Assembly (NCBI GenBank): GCA_964035545.1
Contig: CAXIUT010000058.1
Coordinates: 1 to 19,715, forward strand
Source: Bugula neritina
Lineage: Eukaryota > Animalia > Bryozoa
DNA length: 19,715 bases
Direction: 5' to 3'
Each line of letters begins with the position of its first letter. The stretch's first letter is position 1. The position numbers and the translations under genes are program-made. Shown here piece after piece: positions 10,298 to 19,715 of this stretch. Below the pieces are notes generated by a model. The model had not been told where the DNA came from. It worked only from the letters and a program-made list of their open reading frames with translations, and made no database searches.

Positions 10298-12646
10298 TCA
10301 TTTTAAAGTCTTGATAATCTCATTGAGATTTGAATATTCAGCTTATTTGACTGACCACAGATGATCAATTCCATCATTAACTTGTCGACTTTTACGTAGT
10401 AAGCGCTTCATTTATATGTTATCTTGCTCCATAAAAGCTTTTTTTTGCTGAAGTTGAGCATGTTGATTTCCTAATTCAGTCAAACTGTCAAGTTTTTATA
10501 CAAGACTACTTATTTTCAAACTATTCTATGCCTGAATACCCTCAAGTCTTTCTTCTTGTTCTTTACGATACACATGAAGAGTTTAATCTTTTTATTTAAG
10601 AAGATGGTTTAGTTGATTACTTATTCTTTCAACTTCTTTTGTTTTTTAAACTAACTTACTTTCAAGATGAACTTTTTATCCCATTCTTTGATTTATTTAT
10701 TGAGATGTTTGTTTCTTTACCCTGTCTAATTATGCCTGAAGTCGATGAATTTCAGAAAAGTATTATGTTTTAGCTAAAGAAAGTTTTAAATCTGTTTCTT
10801 CTTTACATTTAAAAGATTTTATTTACTCTTCAGCTAGACTTCTTTTAAGTACTTTGATTTATTCTTCATACTCAAATATTTGATTTCTATGTTAATCAAT
10901 TAATTTTGATATATTTACTTTAGTCTAAGCTAGCTATTCTTCTCTAAGTTAAATTTGTTGAGATTTTTTCATTACTAAATTTTTTTATTCATTTTGATGT
11001 TGAGTTAAATTTTCATTTAAAAGACGAATTCTTTATAATTAATAGTTGCTTTTATGAGCTTCATTTTAGGCTTTTTGCATAGCTTATTTTAATCTTTTTA
11101 GTTATCCTTGAGCTTCTTATTTTAATCTTCTTTCAAAAGACATTTGATCTTTAATCTTTTTGATATCTTAAACAAAATATAACTTCTACATTTATTATTC
11201 TTCATTATTTCTTTAAATCTATCTTAATTTTTATTATAATTCTTCTTCTCTATCCTTTATCTTTTTAAGTTTTTACTACAACTCTGGCTAAGATATATTT
11301 ACATGATCTACCTTTTGTACTTGATTATTGTTGATTTATTTTCTAAGAGAGGCTACTTCTGACAATAATTGTTGATCAGGTTTTACCTGAAGATTTGATA
11401 TTTTTTCTAGTAAAAGAGAAAATACTTCAGATTGATCTTTTTATTCTTCGCTATCATCAGATTTAAGACTTTATATTTGTTGTTTCAGTTACTATGACTC
11501 CTGTTTTAATTTCTTTATCTAAAACTACAATGTACTAATATATTATTTATCTTTTTTTTCTTGTTTAATCCATTTAGATTGTATTTAATTTTTTTAATCT
11601 TAATCTTTATTTGTTCTATTCAACAACAGCTTATATCTTTAATCTTTAATTTAAATTTATTGAAGTAATTTTTGTATTTATTCTCTTTTATCTAAAAGAA
11701 TTTGTTCTTCAGTTGAAGATAACCTTCTTTGAATCAATGCTATTTCATCTTTAAATGATCTTTCCTGCATTTAAAGCTACATCTTATATTTCTTTGTATC
11801 CAGCTAAAGTGTACAATATTTATTCTTTTCATAATATATCTATTCTTACAAAGCTTTAATTCGCTCGTCTTTTTTCATAATTTGAATGTGACATATCTTT
11901 ATTTATCCCTCTATTGTACCTGTTGAGTTACTAAATTATTTTATCTTCTGCTTCAGTGATTCACACTATCTTTTACTATCTTCGATCTGTTACTTTAAAC
12001 CTTAAATATCTTAAATATATTTCTTAGTTGTATGCTATCGCTATTTTTCGTTCATTTGAATGATCTATAGTTTGTTTCTCAACTCTAAGTTTATTTTTTT
12101 AAGTTCAATTTAGTTACCCAATAATTCTTAAATTTTTTTCATACTGTTATTAAGAGTAATTTCCATTTGTTTTCGCTCCAAGGCTACCATTTGTACTTCT
12201 CTATGTTGTGATTTTTTTCTTGTCCTTTCTATTTTGCTACTATAAGAAGATGAACGAGCATCTGATCTACTCTTAGAAGAACCATTACTTTAATTACTAT
12301 TAGTTGGATATCGATGATGAGTAAGTATATTTGACTCAAGTTCTGTATTTTTAAGAACCTAATATTACCTTTTGAGCTCACTAAGAATTTAAATTTGGTT
12401 AGATTTCAATTTTTTAAATCCAGTTTACAAACCAGTCACTCTACTATAACTAACTGTAGGACGAGATGTTTATTATTCTCTGTTCTAGTGAGGCAGATAT
12501 TAATGATGATATTGATTGCTTAAGACTTGATGAGAATAATTCTCGATATGAGGATCAATAGGATTTCCCCAAGTCATGTGTTAGTAGTTATCTTCAGATC
12601 GATGATATTGGTTTTCATAAGGACTAGATAGAGGCTGTGAACTCAT
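10298..12646 (-). CDS. Long coiled-coil protein, ~782 aa
   Basis: Frame of 783 codons from ATG 12646 (MSSQPLSSPYENQYH) to TGA 10298-10300 with no internal TGA. Low-complexity N-terminus followed by E/K/Q/L-rich heptads. No specific family recognised. Confidence 0.9.
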
Positions 12647-12828
12647 TCAAATTTTATTCTGTTTTATTGATAAAACTATAGTTATACAAAACAACTCAAA
12701 TTATCATCATAAACTTAAAATCATCTATTTATAAAATCTTTAGCCATGAATATGATATATTTTTAATTAAATGATAAAACAAAGGGATTAAATTTGAATA
12801 CTGATGAGAAGTTAATTGTCAGTCTGCT

Positions 12829-14346
12829 ATGTTGACTATATTATTTTTATTTGAATTAGAAGATGAGTGTGCTAACACAAAAACTATAAAATGTAGTTTA
12901 GAAATTATTCAGGCTTCAAAACTATTTCATAGTCATAGCTTTAAAAAAAGTCTATAAGCATATCAGGATTGTATTGACTTTTGCTATAAGACCCAAGAGG
13001 ATCAATCTGTTATCTTCAATATTCTTACCACCAGAGCCAATCTTTAATACATTCTTGGAAATTATTAAGAAGCATTAGCTACTCTTAAAATTGTACTTTC
13101 AAAGGATCCTTTCCACTTTTTAGCTTTACTTCGAAGAAGTCAAGTATATAAGAAGGTATAGTCAACACTTATGTAGAAAAATAAATTAAACAAAGCATTG
13201 GGAGATATATAAAAAATATATGTCTTTTGTCCAGATAACTTACAAATATCTGCTTTCAAAGTAGAAATCGAACATATGATTCTCAAACAAGGAAGTAAAA
13301 TCCAATCTTCTGATTCAGAAGATTCTGTAGATAATGAAGAAGAAGAATTAAGTCTTAATTTTATGAATCTTAAACTAATAGACAGAAAATCAAGTGACCT
13401 ATCAGCATCAAAACCAAGAAAAAGTCAAGTTACTATTTTAGGAGATTCCACTTTTTAATATAAACAAGAAGATAGTTGGAACAATATCTAAGATGATGAT
13501 AAAGAAGAAGTAAATTTCAAAGCTATTAGAACTCAAAAATAGATTTAAATTGATAACTAAGATTAATAATAAACTGAACCTTAAATTCAAATAAAAATCT
13601 TAGCTCCTATGAAAAATAAAAAAAGTATTCTCAAGAACAGAGGCAGTGAAATATTTGTTAGTCCAATAGATGAAAATTAAAAGAAACAATAATTATATTT
13701 AGGAAGAAAAAGTCAACTTCTAACTAAACTAAAAAATATTGATGGAAAAGTAATCCAAACAATTGATCTTTAAAATAGTCAAAAAGAATTAAAAGAAGTG
13801 CTATTTAGAAAAAGTGTAAGTAATATTACTCCTCTAGTATCAGTTTTCAATTAAACTGATACTGCTTGTTTTAATAAATTGACTGTAGGAGGAAGTGGTA
13901 GAAAATCATGTATTAAAAAATCTTCTTTCTAGCTAGCAGGAACAACTTTCCCCTTAAGATTGTCTAAATTTTAATCAATAAATGCTGGAAAAATCGATGG
14001 AAAACTTCTAAATCATCGAAATAGAAATTCTATTGAACATAAAAATGAAAATGAATAAAATTCTGAATCAGATAACGAATCCAGTTCTCATAATATATTT
14101 GGAAATACAGGTCCTATAATAGGAGATGGCATAATCCACAATCTTGGGTTGCCTAAAGAAGATCCAAATGAGCCTCAATCAGGTAGTAAATCTACAAAGC
14201 TAAATAAGAAGCATTCAATATTGAAGAAGAATTCAATGACACCAATAACAAAGAAGATGTCAATAAAGGAAAGTAAAGATCTACCTGTTTAATCAGGATT
14301 CAAGATGAAATCTAAGAAAAGTGTAGTCTTTAATTGCACTATGTGA
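12829..14346 (+). CDS. TPR-repeat protein with a long disordered tail, ~498 aa, at least 1 intron; 5' end uncertain
   Basis: Three TPR-like repeats (ASKLFHSHSFKKSLEAYQDCI; TRANLEYILGNYEEALATLKIVLSKDP; ALLRRSQVYKK|KNKLNKALGDIEKIYVFCPDN) with a 21-nt intron at 13156-13176. TGA at 14344-14346. An alternative start at 12746 would need a 29-nt GTT-donor intron at 12831-12859. Confidence 0.8.
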
Positions 14347-14416
14347 TCTCAATATATCAATCATTGTGAACAATAACTAAAATAAAAATAGATTAATGAT
14401 TAACAATAAGAATAAG

Positions 14417-15234
14417 TCAATTAGATATATTAACCTCCACATTTTCTATTGGAGAAAAACTATTACTTCCCACCTGAGACTGTGGTTCAGATACACTACT
14501 ATGACTCTCATAAAAAGACTCACTTCCTCTCACAGCATAATATGCATAGTTATGCTCAATATTTCCTTGATTCATATGCGAAGTCACCCGTAAACTCACC
14601 ATCTTCGATTAAATTTTTGTATCACTAACTGCCACAATATTAATCTCACAAGGTGGCTTCAATATCTCAACCACCTATTTCTAACTATACCTCCTAAAGA
14701 AATCAAACTCCTCTCCCATCAAAAGAGGATGCTGACCTGGCTTATTCGTATACAATACTCCACAAAATGGTTCAGGTTCTATTCTAAGAGTTATTTCAGG
14801 ATTGCTAGTATTATAGCGAATGACTTTTTGATCCGAATCTAGAAGTTCCTAATCTATTTGAATAGCTGGGACTTTAACTCTACGGTTGCCTTTGAGAGAT
14901 TATTTGCAGAAAGAAGAGCTATATTTCAAACTAGTATTTGCAAGATCATAAGGACGATAAAAAAAAGAACATTTAAGTACTTATTGAGCCATATTGATAT
15001 CCTGATTAAAGCTTAATGATAAAGAAATTACTTAAATTTATCATACTACAGTCTATCAATAATGGCATTTATGCGCCTATATGATTTAGCAAGCAACTTC
15101 TGAGCTCCTCTCGATTTACTGTTAATTCCAGAGATTACTTCATGAGCTTATCTCTGATATTTAAGTTTAATGTTTTATGAATCTTCCTCTACCTGACCAT
15201 TGATATTGCTTAACTCCTATTATTCTGAAATCAT
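14417..15234 (-). CDS. Hypothetical protein, ~265 aa, 1 intron
   Basis: ATG at 15234 (MISEEEELSNING). The 20-nt intron 15012-15031 restores the frame into the supplied 14417-14602 ORF. TGA at 14417-14419. Confidence 0.75.
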
Positions 15235-15258
15235 TATCTTATTATTATTAACTCTCTA

Positions 15259-16551
15259 ATGCTTCTTTCTAAAATCAACAAAATCAACATTTCCATCAAA
15301 CACAACCTCACAAATAACTCATCGCTATATATGTTCTCCCGCCAAAATAACAAAAAACACTTCTTTAACATCAAAGACAAACAACCCGAAAAGTCAATCA
15401 AAGCCATCCTACCCAAACAATATCCAACCAATCTCGTAGATGGATCTCCAATGATAGAAAGAGGAAGACCAGTTCATTTCCTATCTCCTAGAGATGAAAT
15501 AGCATAAATTAAGATGATGTCAAATGATGATGCAATAATATCTACCTTATACGATGGTGAATGGAAAAGTCCTTAAAATGCTTATAAATTAAATGTTGGG
15601 TTAATAGGCCCTATCAATTCAGGTAAATCATAACTTCTATCAAAACTTAGTCATAAAATAAGTGCTGTATCACCCAAAAGTCATACCACTAGTGAAGTAC
15701 TTCATTCATTCAAATCTTTTCAAGTAGAATCAGATAAAGGAATCAAAAATATACAACTTAAATATTTCGATACTCCAGGATTAGCTCATCATAAAACTGG
15801 ATTCATATCAAAAGGTTGGAAAGTTTTAGGAGATATAGATTTTTCTTTATTGATTATTGATAGTTCTAAAAAATTTGATGATCTTCTGCAAGAATCCATC
15901 AACAGAATTTAAAAACATAGAAAATATTAACTTTTTATGAAAGCCTTAGTTCTAAATAAAATTGATCTTGTATAAAACAAAAGAAAATTTCATGGTTTAA
16001 TCGCTTAAATATAAAAATATGGAAAATTTGATAAAATATTTTATACTTCAGCATTAACTGGATATGGAGTCAAAGACATCTAAAACTATTTATTATAATT
16101 TGCTAAAGAAGGGTAGTGGTAGTGTCCAAAATAGACCAAAACAGATAGTTCTGAACTGTAAATAATCTAATAACTATTCAAATAGTCACTATTTCATAGA
16201 ACATATTATCAAATACCTCATAGCAGTTTAATATAATGTTAATCAATAGCATAAAAATCAAATGGAGTTCATTTTTTTCAGTTCAGAGTGATGGTAGAAG
16301 ACTAAAATGTTCAAAGAATGGTAATTGGGAAAAAAGGAAGGAATATCAATTGGATGAGAGATCACTTTAAATCAAATTATGCCAAACTAAAAGGAGTATA
16401 AGTATAAGTTCATGTGAGAGTAGTAATTCGGAAGAAGAGACTTTTACGTGAAACAAGTTAGTTGGAAAGTTCATATTACAAGCAATCAAGAGGACAGTAG
16501 ATGAAGATGATAAAGTAATAATTATAGAAGGAGGGAAAGTTTATAAGATGA
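15259..16551 (+). CDS. era: Era-family GTPase (ERAL1-like, probably mitochondrial), ~430 aa
   Basis: G1 VGLIGPINSGKS, SAVSPKSHTT, G3 DTPG, G4 NKID, G5 TSALTGYG, and KH-domain VIGKKGRNI. The basic, acid-poor N-terminal extension resembles a mitochondrial presequence. TGA at 16549-16551. Confidence 0.92.
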
Positions 16552-16588
16552 TATTTATGAGTTGTTATAATTGCTATTTTCTATTTCT

Positions 16589-17930
16589 ATGGCTATGTAT
16601 TCTCCAGAAATTGTCAAAACTTTATCCAATCAAGTTCAAACTCTCACTCCACTAAGAGAATCTTTCCACAAACTTCAACAATATTACCTCCAACTCACTC
16701 AGGACTTTAACCATCTCCTCACCACTACCGTATCAAAATTAACATTTAGGATCTCTCAGAAAAATAACTCAAAAACAATTTAGCATACTTTGAAGAAGTT
16801 AATCGATCTCTAGAGAGGGAATTCGGAGTGTGTGGAGAAGATCTTCGACAAATGGAATGTGAACTTGCTAGAATACAAATGGAAAAAAATCAAAATTGTG
16901 CCCAATCTGATGCCCTTAAAAGTCGAGAAGTACTCGAACTAGAACATAAGTCCTCTTTGGAAGGTACTCATTGTTTAATAAAGATAAAAAGAAAGATCTA
17001 ATCGATCAGAATGAAAAGTTATCATTCAGCGTAGGAAAATATAAAGAAATGGTTCATAACATCGAACTGGCAATCAAAAGCAAATAATATGAAAACAGAG
17101 ATATAGAGAGATAAATCAAGAAAATGGAATTAGTTAACCTTAAAATAGCATAGCTTAACAATAACACATAAACTAATATTGATAACATACACAAAGACAA
17201 TTAGATGACAGTGAATAAAATATATTAACAAGAATGCAAATTAGAAACTTATAATAAGTTAATTTAAGTCAAAGAAAAACAAAATAAAGAAAGCTTGCAA
17301 AATCTTATTGATAAAACTTAAGAATTAGAACAACTTAAACATAGAAGACAATACATCGATAAACTTATTTAATCATAACTCTTAGAACAAAGAGAACTTA
17401 ACAAAACCCAAGGATAGCTTTAGTCTATTCTAGCAGTCAAAAATGATAAACTCATGTCCATTGAACAATAAAATAAAGAGTATGGTAAACTTATTGAAGA
17501 ATAGAAAAAACAACAAATGAAGAATGAAGATTAACTTATCAAACTTACTAATTATCTCCAAACTCTAGTTCTTACCAACTAAAGTCTCTTCAAATAACTA
17601 TAAAAAAGCTGTTCCAAAGACAAAGAAGTCCAAGTAATGCTGAGTGATAAGCTTTAAAGACTTTTAACGATGAATTAAAAAATAACTTAAAATGAACTTC
17701 TAAATCGATGCGATAGAAGTTCAGTTTCTCGTGTTGCCTTATTCAAGGAAAGAAGTGTTTCTCCTAAAAGAAATGAAAAGGAAATGACAACAATAAAAGC
17801 CAAGTTGATTGAAAAATCTAATTTATTGAAAGGTCAGGATTCCATTAAATAAAAAATATTAAATAGAAGTCAGGAAATGTCTTCCACCTGGGGAAGTCGT
17901 TTAAAAGAAAACTGCTGTTATGATCTTTGA
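16589..17930 (+). CDS. Coiled-coil hypothetical protein, ~433 aa, 2 introns
   Basis: ATG at 16589 (MAMYSPEIVKTL). The 20-nt introns 16730-16749 and 16964-16983 give a continuous E/K/L-rich frame to TGA 17928-17930. Confidence 0.8.
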
Positions 17931-18012
17931 TCCCTTATATCACATTATACAATACTAAATTAACAAATAATAATAACAATATATTTTAATTTGATAGTCT
18001 TAATCATGAAAT

Positions 18013-19197
18013 TCAATTTTTTCCTTTTTGAATGAGCTAATGGTATTTCAAAAGAAGAGTTTTCATATAACACAAATAGTTATGATAGTTATGAACCTTT
18101 AGTGACCACTCTCTTCCTCTTTTAGCGATGGCTTATAGCTAGGCATCATTTTCTTTAGCCCAACGAAGCTTTTCATCGAGATCTGACAAATCCATTTTAA
18201 TTGGGACATAGTGTTTCCAAGGTTAAGCTGGGATAGTTCCAATATCTATAAAAGTATGAACCTTAAAAACAGCTGCACCTAGTTTTAATAGATACGGGAA
18301 TCGTTGTGAAAAAGAAGCTCCATCAATATCTATCAGTATTTTAAATTGATCTTGATTTTCCATGGGAGTTATTTTAGCAGGAGGAAATTATACCATCAAT
18401 TTGGTAAAAAGATGTTTTGGTCGATCACCATAACTAGTGAATTGTGCATCACAGTCATTCCTATTCGAACAAAATTTAACTAAACGAAATCGATGAGACT
18501 TATTATAAATTTAATCGAAAGTGTCAGGTCTTTGAGGTGCAGTTAAACTTCCTCTCCAAAAAGCAACAGATTTTCTTTAATTCCAAGGACAATTTTACTT
18601 CAAAGGTTTACCTACATCGAATCGAGACAAATATAAATGAAACTGAGAAGGTGCAAGAATATCATTATGACACTAATTGATCTTAGATATTGAAAATACT
18701 GGGAGAATTTATCTTTTTTATTAAGAAGAATATTAAGTATTATGATCAAAATACATATGACTTGGAAATGAATAATTTTTTTAACAATATTGACGATCTC
18801 TTAGTTTACAGATAGGTTTATTACACCTTTATTCTTTTAAAAAATATTTTAAAAGAAATGGCATGTCCAATATATGAAAAATAAACTCAAGATCTGGCAC
18901 ATATCTAGCTACTACCTTAAAAGCCTATTTTGAATTTCTATATCCATTCGAATTTTAACAATTAGAATGTTACAATTTGTGATCTTTTATTGTTACTTTA
19001 CAGTTAATTTAATTTTATCTTCTTAATATTTTTGTTAACATTTATTGAGTGATTCCATCTCGAAATGGCTAGAAGTCATGCTCGATTTGCTTGAGATAGG
19101 ATGGATCTAAATCACATTTACTCAAATCTTAGCTCTTTTTTAGTTATTAGTTTGCAAAAACAGTCAGAAAAAGAGAGAATATAATGAAAAAATTCAT
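18013..19197 (-). CDS. Glycosyltransferase family 90 (CAP10/KDELC/POGLUT-like), copy B, ~394 aa
   Basis: Full-length paralogue of 2289-3470. Signal peptide MNFFIIFSLFLTVFA, plus VPDLEF, AFWRGS, IDIDGASFSQRF and PWKHYVPIKMDLSDL. TGA at 18013-18015. Confidence 0.88.
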
Positions 19198-19588
19198 TTA
19201 AAATAATTATAAACGTCAATTAATCAATAAAACTTGAACATCAATTTAATTAAACTATCTATTTCAATAGTAGTCAATTAGAAATATTTTAAAAGTACTT
19301 GATACGATAGATATTTCATAAAATAAATATAAATTATCATATTAGATATTATCATATTTTTAGAATCAAAAGAATTTAGTGATAATACTGTCATTAAAAA
19401 ATTCATCGAAATGTTTTAAATATTTTTATTACTAATTTAAAAATAATTATGTTTGATTTTATTATCTTTCAAGTCTAGAAATATATTCATCTAAATCTGT
19501 TTTAAAGATAAATAATATTAAAATAAAACTACTTAGATAAAATCTAATGAAATATTTAATAGATATTTAATATTTTTATGAAAAATAA

Positions 19589-19715
19589 TGGGGTTGGGGT
19601 TGGGGTTGGGGTTGGGGTTGGGGTTGGGGTTGGGGTTGGGGTTGGGGTTGGGGGGGTTGGGGTTGGGGTTGGGGTTGGGGTTGGGGTTGGGGTTGGGGTT
19701 GGGGTTGGGGTTGGG
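19589..19715. repeat. Right telomere, (TTGGGG)n
   Basis: Tandem G4T2 repeats to the contig end, with one G7 variant. Confidence 0.98.

Noticed and set aside
13816-13837. Intron-like 22-mer GTAAGT...CTAG in the TPR gene
   Set aside because: The frame is open without it, removal would shift away from the frame carrying the terminal motifs, and it lacks the -6 A.
1626-16783. Most ORFs in the supplied six-frame track
   Set aside because: They were computed with TAA/TAG as stops. Most are antisense or off-frame shadows of real genes. Only 5205-5462, 8896-9081 (3' part), 13276-13458, 14417-14602, 15259-15507 and 16571-16783 (5' part) are fragments of true frames.
19640-19665. G5/G7 telomere repeat variants as telomerase infidelity
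   Set aside because: They are indistinguishable from homopolymer sequencing error, and a similar extra G occurs in PI31.
1-19715. Split code UAA=Lys/UAG=Glu, or TGA readthrough
   Set aside because: TAA occupies Glu-type positions (PDL*F versus GAG, K*RFG) and exchanges with TAG between paralogues. Every in-frame TGA I met was terminal or removed by a canonical tiny intron.
1-19715. tRNA, rRNA, IES or transposon sequences
   Set aside because: None recognisable by eye, and nearly all sequence is accounted for by protein-coding genes. Small ncRNAs cannot be excluded without a covariance-model search.

Overview
This is AT-rich eukaryotic DNA, a ciliate macronuclear chromosome or contig capped by (CCCCAA)n at 1-76 and (TTGGGG)n at 19589-19715, with a third G4T2 tract inside at 8841-8932. 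The supplied standard-code ORF track is largely uninformative because TAA and TAG are sense codons here and every gene ends in TGA. Conserved positions in Era, syntaxin-16, stomatin, a GT90 paralogue pair and a TRIM-type coiled coil indicate TAA/TAG = Glu (NCBI table 30, peritrich code) rather than Gln. Read this way, the window is densely packed with 14 genes separated by 6-166 bp: syntaxin-16/Tlg2, two GT90/CAP10 glycosyltransferases, stomatin, FAM227, PI31, a RING/B-box/coiled-coil protein, a TPR protein, Era GTPase and five hypothetical or coiled-coil proteins. These carry 13 inferred introns of 19-22 nt, 12 with an A six bases from the 3' end. The most striking pattern is that all three telomere junctions lie 42-44 nt downstream of a telomere-facing ATG. 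At the internal site, a 90-nt telomeric tract sits in frame where the core of a RING finger is missing. This suggests alternative, intragenic chromosome fragmentation just inside gene starts, although an assembly artefact cannot be excluded. All translations and coordinates were worked out by hand.
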